This document shows, piece by piece, positions 16,169-24,422 of a stretch of 27,172 nucleotides of DNA (within the stretch, counting starts at the first letter, position 1; each line of letters begins with the position of its first letter). The notes under the pieces are model-generated. The model was not told where the DNA came from and did no database searches. It saw nothing but the letters and a program-made list of their open reading frames with translations. Source of the stretch: an uncultured Alphaproteobacteria bacterium (GTDB lineage: Bacteria; Pseudomonadota; Alphaproteobacteria; Micavibrionales; Micavibrionaceae); contig CBFGQF010000001.1 in the NCBI GenBank assembly GCA_965650865.1, positions 1-27,172 of the forward strand. The letters are read 5' to 3'. The position numbers and the translations under genes are program-made.

Positions 16169-17299
16169 ATGGTAAATATATCAACACTCGGACAGTCACT
16201 GGACCAGATTGCGCGCCTGAAAGCGCAGCAAAAGACAATGGGGGAACTGCAGGTACAAATCGCCAGCGGCAAGAAGACCCAAAAGCTTTCCGGTCTTGGC
16301 AACGATATCATTCGCACGGTCAGATCGCGCTCCGGCATCAACTCTCTTGAAACCTACAATTCGAATATCACAAATGCCGACCGCCGTATTAAAATGATGC
16401 TGACCTCCGTCGCGGAAATCAAGGCGCAGGCCCAGAACATATCCAGCGGTCTCAGTTCCGCCATTCAGGAAGGGGATTATCCCGATCTGGAATCGATGAA
16501 GGCCATGGCGGAAAACGTCTATAACTTCATTCTGGATGCCATGAACCAACAGGACGGCGAACGCTATCTTTTTGGCGGGGGCGATACATCGGCACTTCCG
16601 ATCAACGATACAGGACTATACAATAGTTTCCTCGGCTCTTTCCTGCCGGATGAAAGCGATATTTCCAATCCGCCTCTCGCGGCGTCGGGAATCATCGGTA
16701 GCTGGGGTGATGGTACAATTACCACGGACGAATTCATCGCCTCCTATCACGCGACATCCGACACCGTGTTGGGTTTTTCCAACGCCCTGACAACAGACAC
16801 AGCCGGCAAGACGACCGTGCGTGTGAATGACGGATCGGAATTCGACTACACCACCCTTGCGAACAAAACGCCGATGAAAGACATCATCATGGTACTTGGC
16901 GTATTAAAAAATATGCCGCCTGTCGAACACGCCCCGGGCGCCCTCAACGATCCTCTTGCGACCAATCTGGCCGAAGACACCGCGCCCTTCCCACCAAGAG
17001 AAAAACAGGAAAACTTTTTTAAGGTCCTCAACGATCTGGCGGCTACCTTAAACAAAGCCGTCCAGAATATGGACCAAACGACCTACAAACTTTCGCAGGT
17101 TCAGGCACAGATCGCGCTGGTGAAACAATCCAACACCGACCAGATCAACGCCTATACGGATATTGTCGCTGATTCGGAAAACGTGGACATCACGGAAGTC
17201 TCGGCGATGATCCTGCAAATGCAAACACAGTTGCAGGCCTCTTTTCAGGTGACGGCGCTCGTCTCGCAATTGACACTGGCCAATTTCCTTGGCCGCTAG
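16169..17299 (+). CDS. flgL: Flagellar hook-associated protein 3 FlgL (flagellin family)
   Basis: Flagellin-like termini (QIASGKKTQKLS, LETYNSNI, GERYLFGG, SENVDITEV..QTQLQASFQVTALVSQLTLANFL); directly follows flgK with AGGAG RBS. Confidence 0.85.
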   Translation: MVNISTLGQSLDQIARLKAQQKTMGELQVQIASGKKTQKLSGLGNDIIRTVRSRSGINSLETYNSNITNADRRIKMMLTSVAEIKAQAQNISSGLSSAIQEGDYPDLESMKAMAENVYNFILDAMNQQDGERYLFGGGDTSALPINDTGLYNSFLGSFLPDESDISNPPLAASGIIGSWGDGTITTDEFIASYHATSDTVLGFSNALTTDTAGKTTVRVNDGSEFDYTTLANKTPMKDIIMVLGVLKNMPPVEHAPGALNDPLATNLAEDTAPFPPREKQENFFKVLNDLAATLNKAVQNMDQTTYKLSQVQAQIALVKQSNTDQINAYTDIVADSENVDITEVSAMILQMQTQLQASFQVTALVSQLTLANFLGR

Positions 17300-17305
17300 G
17301 AATGA

Positions 17306-18166
17306 TCAGGTCGCGCTTTGAATCGTGACCTGTCTACCGGAAATCACCGCGCTCAGGCCGTGAACGGAAAGCATTTCGTTTAGAACAACATTCCATGGTT
17401 TACCCCCCTGCCACGATACGGTTGTTCCGGCATCGATGGCGGGAGAGAAAGAAAAGCTGTAATCCGGCGGAACGACTTGCGTCAGTGCAAGCGCAAGCGG
17501 CAGGTCACGCCCAAACCCGACGGCTTCTGTATATTGGCTTTGCGTAGGGTTCGCTTGCTGCGGCAAGGTCGGCGCGGGACGCGGCATCAACGGCTGCGCC
17601 TGAATCACCGGCGGTTGTTGTGGTTGCTGCAAGGACGCGCCGTCCCCGCCCGGTAGGGGCGTGATGGAAGACACGCTATAATCGAAATGTTGCGGGGCCG
17701 GTTTGTGCGGCGGAAGAGATGGATTGCCATCAAACCGCGAAGTGATCGCGGCCCGTGCGATACGCCCGTGGCCGCTATCGCTGCCGGGCGTGACAACGGG
17801 GCGTAGATTACCGGTACCTTCTATCATCGCCTGATCGAGCGATACCGCGTTGTTCACCCCATGCGTTGCACCGCTTCCCTGCAATGGATAGGGATTGATG
17901 GAAAGTCCGCCATCTGCACTCGCTGGTTTTTGGGGCTGACTGGCAACCTCGCCGGGCATGGGGGATAGGGCCATGGCTTCCACATCCGGCGCGGGCACAA
18001 TCGGCATCGGCATATCCGCAGGAGCGGATGGGAGTGTGGGCGCCTGTTGAACCTGCGCCTGCTGCTGTTGCGCAGGCGGCGGCGTAAATTGAAATCCTGC
18101 TTGCGCAGGCAAAGCCACGCCCATCAAAGCGGCGGCGGAAACAATGGTAAGACGCGCGAATGTCAT
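17306..18166 (-). CDS. Exported Pro/Gln-rich protein with C-terminal TcpQ/PilL-like (secretin-N0-type) domain
   Basis: Signal ending AQA, about 200 aa disordered linker, C-terminal GFGRDLPLALALTQVVPPDY...VSWQGGKPWNVVLNEML...VTI. Family recalled from motif. Confidence 0.5.
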   Translation of the reverse strand: MTFARLTIVSAAALMGVALPAQAGFQFTPPPAQQQQAQVQQAPTLPSAPADMPMPIVPAPDVEAMALSPMPGEVASQPQKPASADGGLSINPYPLQGSGATHGVNNAVSLDQAMIEGTGNLRPVVTPGSDSGHGRIARAAITSRFDGNPSLPPHKPAPQHFDYSVSSITPLPGGDGASLQQPQQPPVIQAQPLMPRPAPTLPQQANPTQSQYTEAVGFGRDLPLALALTQVVPPDYSFSFSPAIDAGTTVSWQGGKPWNVVLNEMLSVHGLSAVISGRQVTIQSAT

Positions 18167-18307
18167 GTCGGGACCTCTGTAGAAGCCATTCTTAATTGTC
18201 GGAATATATGAAAGACCATAATGCGATGAGCCGTAAATAACAAGCCCAACCTGTTTTGATCTGAAGCCGCCACGAGGAACTAACTTCAGGAAAAACGATC
18301 TTTGCCC

Positions 18308-18607
18308 TTAACCGTAATCGACCATTTTCTTGCGGTTGTAGGAAATCCATCCCGGGCGCTTTTGCCCCAGTAGCCACGCGCGGAAGGCCCGCAGAGCCGC
18401 ATCGAAGGTTAGGCCGCGCTGTTCCATAAACCAGAATATGGCGGTCAGCGTCACCGCCACGAATAACGTGCTCCAGCGGGCATGGAACAGCAATACGATA
18501 TAAGGGATCGCGAGGCGTGAATCGAACGGTCCGAAACGCACGGGGCGCATCGAATTGCGCCAGTGCCAGTTGGCCCGTTCTTCCTGGGTATCTTCTATAT
18601 GACCCAT
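18308..18607 (-). CDS. icmT: IcmT (TraK-like)
   Basis: 99 aa, HWRNSMRPVRFGPFDSR, hydrophobic core, EQRGLTFDAALRAFRAWLLG..RP. TAATG-coupled to dotB. Confidence 0.88.
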   Translation of the reverse strand: MGHIEDTQEERANWHWRNSMRPVRFGPFDSRLAIPYIVLLFHARWSTLFVAVTLTAIFWFMEQRGLTFDAALRAFRAWLLGQKRPGWISYNRKKMVDYG

Positions 18608-19776
18608 TAGTCACCGCCTCCCGCGCCCGTGGAAGACGAGAGCACAATATAAGTCCGGCGGTCGATCAATCCGGCATCGAAGGCAACCCCCGCCGATTTC
18701 GCCATGCTCTGGCCGTTTAGCGGCAGCATGCGCTGAATCTCCGTCGGCCAATCCTTGAAATCCATGCCCAGCAATTTATCACGCACTTCGTCGGTAAAGC
18801 GCATCCATTCGCGCACGCCCATGCGCCCGCCGGTTGTTTTCGGCACCAATGTCTGCGTGACCACCATGCGCACGGTTTCCATCAAGGCATAGGCACGCTC
18901 GGACCGCTCGTTCGGCTCAAAACTCGCGACCATGCGCTGAATTGTGGCGGCGACCCCCGTCGTGTGTGTCGTGGTGAAAACCAAGTGGCCGGTTTGCGCG
19001 GCTTCGATCGCGGCGGAAATCGTTTCCTTATCGCGCGCCTCGCCGACCAGAATGATATTCGGTTTACGGCGCAGGGCATTGCGCACACCGCGCGCAAAAT
19101 CCGGGAGGTGACGCGGAATTTCGGTCTGCGAGAGAAGAGAGCGGGGAGACTTGATCGTGTCATATACATACTCGATCGGCGCCTCATAACACACGACCTT
19201 GCCGCATCCACGCTTGCGCTCCATCAACATGCGGATGCCAGCGGCCAGCAATGTCGTTTTACCGGACCCTGTCGGCCCTGTCACAATAACCATCCCCTGA
19301 CGCGGCGCCCAGCCCTTGATAATCTCCTCCTCGACATTGAGGTCGGTCATGGTTGGCGGTTCGTTGGGCAACACACGCATTGTAATCGACGCACTGTCGC
19401 GGCCACGCGACAAAATCGCCGTGACGTTCACGCGGAAACGAATGCGGGTATAACGGTCTGGACGGATTTCATAGGACAGATCGAGATCGTGGCCTGAGGC
19501 CAGACGCGCCCCCGCCTCTGGTCCGTAAATTTTTGTCAGAAAGACATTCATGTCGGCCGCATCGACAGGACGGAACGTCGCCGGATAAAGCGTGCCGTAA
19601 ATTTCGTTGTAAACAGGACGGTCGGTCTGGATCGTAATATCGGACGAGTTTTTCTTCACGCACCACAAAAGGAACGTGTCGATAATATCATCCGTAAAGC
19701 GGCTCGGTTCATCCGGCCACGTTTGCGCGATATTGTCTTTTGCCTTGAGAAGGCTTACCGGTTTGCGGGCTGCCAT
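18607..19776 (-). CDS. dotB: DotB (TraJ) PilT-family secretion ATPase
   Basis: Walker A GPTGSGKTT, EAPIEYV, LRRKPNIILVGEARDKETI, TGHLVFTTTH; SDITIQT N-terminal motif; in a dotD-dotC-dotB cluster. Confidence 0.93.
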   Translation of the reverse strand: MAARKPVSLLKAKDNIAQTWPDEPSRFTDDIIDTFLLWCVKKNSSDITIQTDRPVYNEIYGTLYPATFRPVDAADMNVFLTKIYGPEAGARLASGHDLDLSYEIRPDRYTRIRFRVNVTAILSRGRDSASITMRVLPNEPPTMTDLNVEEEIIKGWAPRQGMVIVTGPTGSGKTTLLAAGIRMLMERKRGCGKVVCYEAPIEYVYDTIKSPRSLLSQTEIPRHLPDFARGVRNALRRKPNIILVGEARDKETISAAIEAAQTGHLVFTTTHTTGVAATIQRMVASFEPNERSERAYALMETVRMVVTQTLVPKTTGGRMGVREWMRFTDEVRDKLLGMDFKDWPTEIQRMLPLNGQSMAKSAGVAFDAGLIDRRTYIVLSSSTGAGGGD

Positions 19777-20588
19777 CCTTGAGTTCCGGTTTGCAGTTTG
19801 GACGGATCCGTGATCGATATGGCGCGATCCCCGACCCGCATTTCATTACCGCCACCGGTTACGCCGCGATCAACCTGCAGAGCGTACGGAGGCGAGACCA
19901 TGCCTTGCGCCAAAAGCGTTCTATATCGTACCATGCCGTTGTAATCCGACGCCAGTTTGTTCAAATCCGCCTGAAAAATTTCATCCGCCTGTTCGACTCC
20001 GGCTTTCCAGCCTTTTTCGACATAGCCGTTCCACAATTGCAGTTCGTGTTTGTCGGTCGGCAACAGGATATCCGGCGGCGGCGTGATATCGCCCCATTGA
20101 CGTTCCAGATAGGCGCGCCATGTGCGCGCGGCGGAGACGATACGGGCATTGCGGCCGATATTATAGATGCGGTCCGATACGGCGGCAGATTGTCCGCCCT
20201 GATCGATCAGCATGGCATCGACGGCCTCACCGATCACCGGCGGTTCGATCAGAAGGCCCGATGGCGCCGGGATCAAGAGCTGACGAAAATCGAACACCTT
20301 GTCGAGGTAACGCGCCCGTGTTTCCATTTCCTGTCGGATAAAATAGGTGCGCCACGCAAGCCCGCCGCGCGCGCCATAGGACAATGCGGCCTCTTTCAGC
20401 GCATCGGCGCGAATATCGATCGGCATACCGGTCTGGCCTTCGACTTCGGCAGGTTTCTTTTGAATCTGTATGCTCTGGATTTGTTCGAGCGAAGGCGGCG
20501 GCGCAATCTCATCCGCGGCAAAAGCAATCGCCGGCATGAGGGCCAGCGCTGCAAAAGCGGTCAGGAAAAATGTCGCGCGGCGCATCAT
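19755..20588 (-). CDS. dotC: DotC (TraI-like) core complex protein
   Basis: LKEAALSYGARGGL, VFDFRQLL, PPVIGEA, ARTWRAYL, GWKAGVEQADEIF..L..DYNGMVRY..L..GMV; between dotD and dotB. Confidence 0.88.
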   Translation of the reverse strand: MMRRATFFLTAFAALALMPAIAFAADEIAPPPSLEQIQSIQIQKKPAEVEGQTGMPIDIRADALKEAALSYGARGGLAWRTYFIRQEMETRARYLDKVFDFRQLLIPAPSGLLIEPPVIGEAVDAMLIDQGGQSAAVSDRIYNIGRNARIVSAARTWRAYLERQWGDITPPPDILLPTDKHELQLWNGYVEKGWKAGVEQADEIFQADLNKLASDYNGMVRYRTLLAQGMVSPPYALQVDRGVTGGGNEMRVGDRAISITDPSKLQTGTQGWQPANR

Positions 20589-20592
20589 GGGA

Positions 20593-21138
20593 TCAGCCCC
20601 CCACGCCCGTCACAGGCGCGTAATGGAGTTCGATCATCTGGCGCTCGGAATCGACCTTCACATCGGCGCGAACGCCAAGTTGCAATCCGACATCGCGCAA
20701 AATTTCGATGACCGGCTTGTTCTGGACATCGACATTGACGACGAGCGGGACCGGCGGACGATTGCCCAGCGCAAGGAAGTTATAGCTGGCGCGGTCTGCG
20801 AGTTTGCGCAGGATTTGTTCCGGCGGACCAACCCATGTGATGGTCATGGCACGCATCAATTCATCCGGCGCATTGGTGATAGGCTGGACCGCGACACCGG
20901 GTGCCTTTGTCTGTTCTATGGCCGCCAGCGTTTGCAGGGAATTGGATGCCTTGTCCGCGGCCTCGGCCAGCATCAGGGACACTTTATCGGGCGAGGCCAC
21001 GACCTGAGGATTACGTTTTGGCAGGACTTCGCATCCCGCAACGCCGAATGCGGCAATGACGGCCAGTACCGCCCCGAATTTCCGGAAAGTGAAGATTGTC
21101 ATCGTCATGAATGATTCGCGAATCGTTAAAAGTCCCAT
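20593..21138 (-). CDS. dotD: DotD (TraH-like) lipoprotein
   Basis: Lipobox VAG|C; LAEAADKASNSLQTLAAIEQ, ITWVGPPEQILRKLA..Y, ILRDVGLQ..ADVKVD..IELHY. Start ATG 21138 has GGAGGGG RBS (ATG 21108 is an alternative). Confidence 0.88.
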   Translation of the reverse strand: MGLLTIRESFMTMTIFTFRKFGAVLAVIAAFGVAGCEVLPKRNPQVVASPDKVSLMLAEAADKASNSLQTLAAIEQTKAPGVAVQPITNAPDELMRAMTITWVGPPEQILRKLADRASYNFLALGNRPPVPLVVNVDVQNKPVIEILRDVGLQLGVRADVKVDSERQMIELHYAPVTGVGG

Positions 21139-21206
21139 ATACCTTAGCCCCTCCCTGCGAGAGGAACAAGATAAGGAATAGAGTAATCCCGTCTTAGAAA
21201 GCAAAT

Positions 21207-21626
21207 TTAGCGTGTGGCCGTGTCGCGGATCAGGCCCTTGGATCTCATGGCCGTGATCACTTTATTGCGATAAGGGCCGCCGAATTCCGGCGTTCTGGAA
21301 TGGTAATGGGCAATAGCGCGGGAAAGAGAGCCGGTTTCGTTCATATGCGTGCGCAAAATCCACGCCGAAACACCCATATTCGTGCAGGGGTCATCCTTGA
21401 CCCAGCTATAGGCAGTGTCTTCGGAAACCCCCCATTTTTCGGCGAGCATCGGAATCCAGAGCGTATTGATCTGCATCGGGCCGAGGTCATAGGTACCGTT
21501 ATTGTTCGGCCCCACCGCCTGCCCCGGCTTGCCGCCTTCGATTTGATAAATACCGACCATGACGGCAGGCGGAACCTGATACGTCTGGGCGGCGAGCATC
21601 AAACAGGCAGCGAGAATTTTGGTCAT
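21207..21626 (-). CDS. Lytic transglycosylase (SLT; VirB1/IagB/R64-PilT-like)
   Basis: Catalytic Glu in IYQIEGG, YDLGPMQIN, DPCTN..SAWIL, AIAHYHS. Directly upstream of dotD. Confidence 0.88.
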   Translation of the reverse strand: MTKILAACLMLAAQTYQVPPAVMVGIYQIEGGKPGQAVGPNNNGTYDLGPMQINTLWIPMLAEKWGVSEDTAYSWVKDDPCTNMGVSAWILRTHMNETGSLSRAIAHYHSRTPEFGGPYRNKVITAMRSKGLIRDTATR

Positions 21627-21749
21627 CGTTCGTCTATCTTGGCCGTCAAATGGTTAATATTTTGTATAGGGTCGGAAGAGGGGCTCATTTCCAAATTCTA
21701 TCATTTTCCGTATTGAAAAAGAAGCCGGCGGGCGGGCGAAATGATCCTA

Positions 21750-22670
21750 CTATGGTTTTTTGAAAAAGGACATGGGGTTGGCGGGTTTTGCCGGAGGCGC
21801 GGCTGGGGCCGCAGACTCCACCGGCGCGGACTGTTGTTCTTCGGCCGGCGCTTCTGCGGCCGGCTTCACACCTTTTCCGCCGCGTCCCGATGCGTTGCCC
21901 GCGGATGTGCCAAGCAAGACTTCAAGCATCGCAAGCTGCCTGTCAAATTGTTTCCAGACAGGGGTAAGGGACAATTCCCCGCGCGCGTCTTCTGGCAATG
22001 TCTTCAAACGCGCCGTTTCCGCGCGATGGGCAGCGGCGTAGATTTGTGCAAGGGATTGCAGCAAAACAAGCTCCGCCATTTTGGCATCGGCGCCCTCACC
22101 TTCAATCTGCGCAAGATTGCTGCGCAAGGTTTTGGCACGATCCGATAAGGCTGTTGCGACCTCCTGGATCAGCTTTGCCTCCTGCTGCCCGAACGGGAAT
22201 TCCGCGATGGCGGCGATGGCGGGAACCAGCGCGTTCATTGCATACAGGTTTGCTTGCATTTCATCCATAAAGGGCGCGGTTCCGTCGATGGTTTGCAACC
22301 TTTGCGCATGCTGCGCGGCGGGCGCGAAATTATCGGTAAAGGCCAACACGGATTCCAGCGATTTGGCGATGCGGCGGGAATCTGTGTCGGAGGGCAGGCG
22401 TCCAGTTTCCTTATAGGAATCCGCCACGAGATCGGCGGCGAGGGCCGCAAGCGTCACACGGATAGCATCGGCATCGCCGTCTTCCGGTTTCAGATTCATT
22501 GCCTGTGAGAGAGAAATGCTGATCTTGACGGTTTCCGAGAGCAGAGCGGAAATCGTCTGCGCATCCTTCGCGCCTTCATCGGCACCATCCGAGCGTGCAT
22601 TGACCGCGCGCATCAGCGGCGCGCCGAGTTTTTGTAAAAGCTGCAATATAAATTGTGATCGCGAATCCAT
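21750..22670 (-). CDS. Hypothetical alpha-helical cytoplasmic protein (306 aa)
   Basis: Long ORF co-oriented with its neighbours, natural composition, no signal peptide or TM, Ala/Pro-rich C-tail. No family recognised. Confidence 0.75.
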   Translation of the reverse strand: MDSRSQFILQLLQKLGAPLMRAVNARSDGADEGAKDAQTISALLSETVKISISLSQAMNLKPEDGDADAIRVTLAALAADLVADSYKETGRLPSDTDSRRIAKSLESVLAFTDNFAPAAQHAQRLQTIDGTAPFMDEMQANLYAMNALVPAIAAIAEFPFGQQEAKLIQEVATALSDRAKTLRSNLAQIEGEGADAKMAELVLLQSLAQIYAAAHRAETARLKTLPEDARGELSLTPVWKQFDRQLAMLEVLLGTSAGNASGRGGKGVKPAAEAPAEEQQSAPVESAAPAAPPAKPANPMSFFKKP

Positions 22671-22809
22671 GATGATGGCCGAAAAGAATAAACCCTACCT
22701 ACCGTTACCCCATAAAAATTAAGGCATAGTTTACAGCGCCTCGCCGCCAAACCCAAGGAATAAATGGGCAAACGACAACCGCGAAAAGGTTAACGGGCTA
22801 AAACAGCGA

Positions 22810-23688
22810 TTACGGCGTGCTGACTGCCGGAAGATCCGCCAGCAATTGCGGTATATCCTTCGGTTTTCCGCGGACGATTTTAACGGATCCATCCCTGCCG
22901 CGATAGACGCTCAAGGGCGTTACATTGAATTTATAGGCCTGCATGATCGCCATGTTTTTCTGAATGGCCTGTGTCGATACCTCGCTTTTCGCGGGCAGCG
23001 CAGTTTCATCACCGGCCAAATGGCGATAGAAAAGCTCTTCCGGATTGGGAGAGGCCAGAAGGAACGCCGCCTGTGCGAGGCTGCCCGCCTGAAACCCGAC
23101 CGGCATAATGCGAACCTGTATCAGGCCCTTATCAAGGTAATCCGCCTTCATATCATTGAGCATCGCATGGCAATGCGGGCATTGCGGATCGACAAAGCTA
23201 TAGATGACGGGCGCGCTTTCACTGCCCAGCGCAACCCAGTTGCTGCCCTCGACCGCAGCAAACAATTTTTCCGATGGGCTTTGCGATTTCATGGTTTCGG
23301 CGAGGGACTCGATCGGTTTCGGCTCGGTCGTCGTCGCCGCCGCACCTTCCGCGCCATCGGCCAGAAGGTCCAGAACCTCCCCGCCTTGCGCCTGAAGCGA
23401 GCGAACCTGTTCAATCGTGATCGGGCGGCCATCGGCCCCGAACATCAGGCCACTGACGAAGGCTTTTTTATCCGCCGTGACATAAAAATATTGCTCCTGC
23501 CCCTGATAGATTGCAATCCATCCATCAAGCCCATGCTCCTTGCCCAGATACCGAACCTGCGCCCCGCGTTCGACGAGCCCTTCCAGCGCCTCCGGCACGT
23601 CGGGGATCGCGGCCGCCCCCTTGGTTTGCGCATAGACGGGCGTCGATAGGATGATGAGAGTCATAAGCAGCGGCAGAAAACGTTTCAT
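22810..23688 (-). CDS. DsbC/DsbG-like thiol:disulfide isomerase
   Basis: Signal peptide MKRFL..VYA (ATG 23688, AAGGA RBS); N-terminal dimerisation-type region (YFYVTADKKAFVSG.MF); FVDPQCPHC active site; cis-Pro loop NVTP. Confidence 0.85.
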   Translation of the reverse strand: MKRFLPLLMTLIILSTPVYAQTKGAAAIPDVPEALEGLVERGAQVRYLGKEHGLDGWIAIYQGQEQYFYVTADKKAFVSGLMFGADGRPITIEQVRSLQAQGGEVLDLLADGAEGAAATTTEPKPIESLAETMKSQSPSEKLFAAVEGSNWVALGSESAPVIYSFVDPQCPHCHAMLNDMKADYLDKGLIQVRIMPVGFQAGSLAQAAFLLASPNPEELFYRHLAGDETALPAKSEVSTQAIQKNMAIMQAYKFNVTPLSVYRGRDGSVKIVRGKPKDIPQLLADLPAVSTP

Positions 23689-23860
23689 AAAGAATCCTTT
23701 GTTGGGCGGCGGCACGGTCCGCTTCTAATTTATAGTACGCCACACGGGCCGCAAAGATCAAAAACCATTGTTTTGACGTAAATAAGGCGGCGCTGGCGCT
23801 TTCTTTTTGCCACCCATGCCATATACTTTGTCATAGACATTTTCAAAGCGGAGCATTGCC

Positions 23861-24421
23861 ATGGAATTTTACATCGGACTGGGCGTTCTCGCCCTTATCG
23901 CCATCGTGATCGTCACCTTGTATAACCGTTTGGTCGCCCTGCGCCAGAACCGCATGAATGCCTATTCCGATATTGATGTTCAACTCAAGCAGCGGTTTGA
24001 TCTTGTACCGCAACTGGTCGAAACGGTGAAAGGCTATGCAGCACACGAAAAATCGGTCCTTGAAAATGTGACGGCAGCACGCGCCTCTGTGGCCAACGCA
24101 CGCGGGGCCAATGACCGGCTGGCTGCCGAAGGCACATTGGGCGGCGCCCTGATGGGATTGTTTGCGGTTGCCGAAAATTATCCGCAATTAAAGGCCGACC
24201 AAAATTTCCAGCAATTGATGAGCGAGCTTTCCGATATTGAAAACAAGATCGCGGCGGCCCGCCGTTTCTTCAATAACGCGACCAGCGAGCTCAACACAGC
24301 CGTGCAGCAATTCCCGGCCAATCTGATTGCGGGCCTGTTCGGTTTTCGCACCGAGAACTTTTATGAAGACACCTCCGTCACCCGCGCCGAATTAGAGGCC
24401 GCGCCGGCCGTGAAATTCTAA
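23861..24421 (+). CDS. lemA: LemA family protein
   Basis: N-terminal TM, YNRLVALRQ..NAYSDIDVQLKQRFDLVPQLVETVKGYAAHE, ENYPQLKADQNF, ENKIAAARRFFN. Confidence 0.95.
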   Translation: MEFYIGLGVLALIAIVIVTLYNRLVALRQNRMNAYSDIDVQLKQRFDLVPQLVETVKGYAAHEKSVLENVTAARASVANARGANDRLAAEGTLGGALMGLFAVAENYPQLKADQNFQQLMSELSDIENKIAAARRFFNNATSELNTAVQQFPANLIAGLFGFRTENFYEDTSVTRAELEAAPAVKF

Positions 24422-24422
24422 A

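Noticed and set aside
18607-19776. ATPase read as type IV pilus PilT or T2SS GspE
   Set aside because: The dotD-dotC context and coupling to icmT identify it as DotB.
19779-23649. Plus-strand ORFs 19779-20711, 20470-21114 and 22846-23649
   Set aside because: Shadows of dotC, dotD and the Dsb gene.
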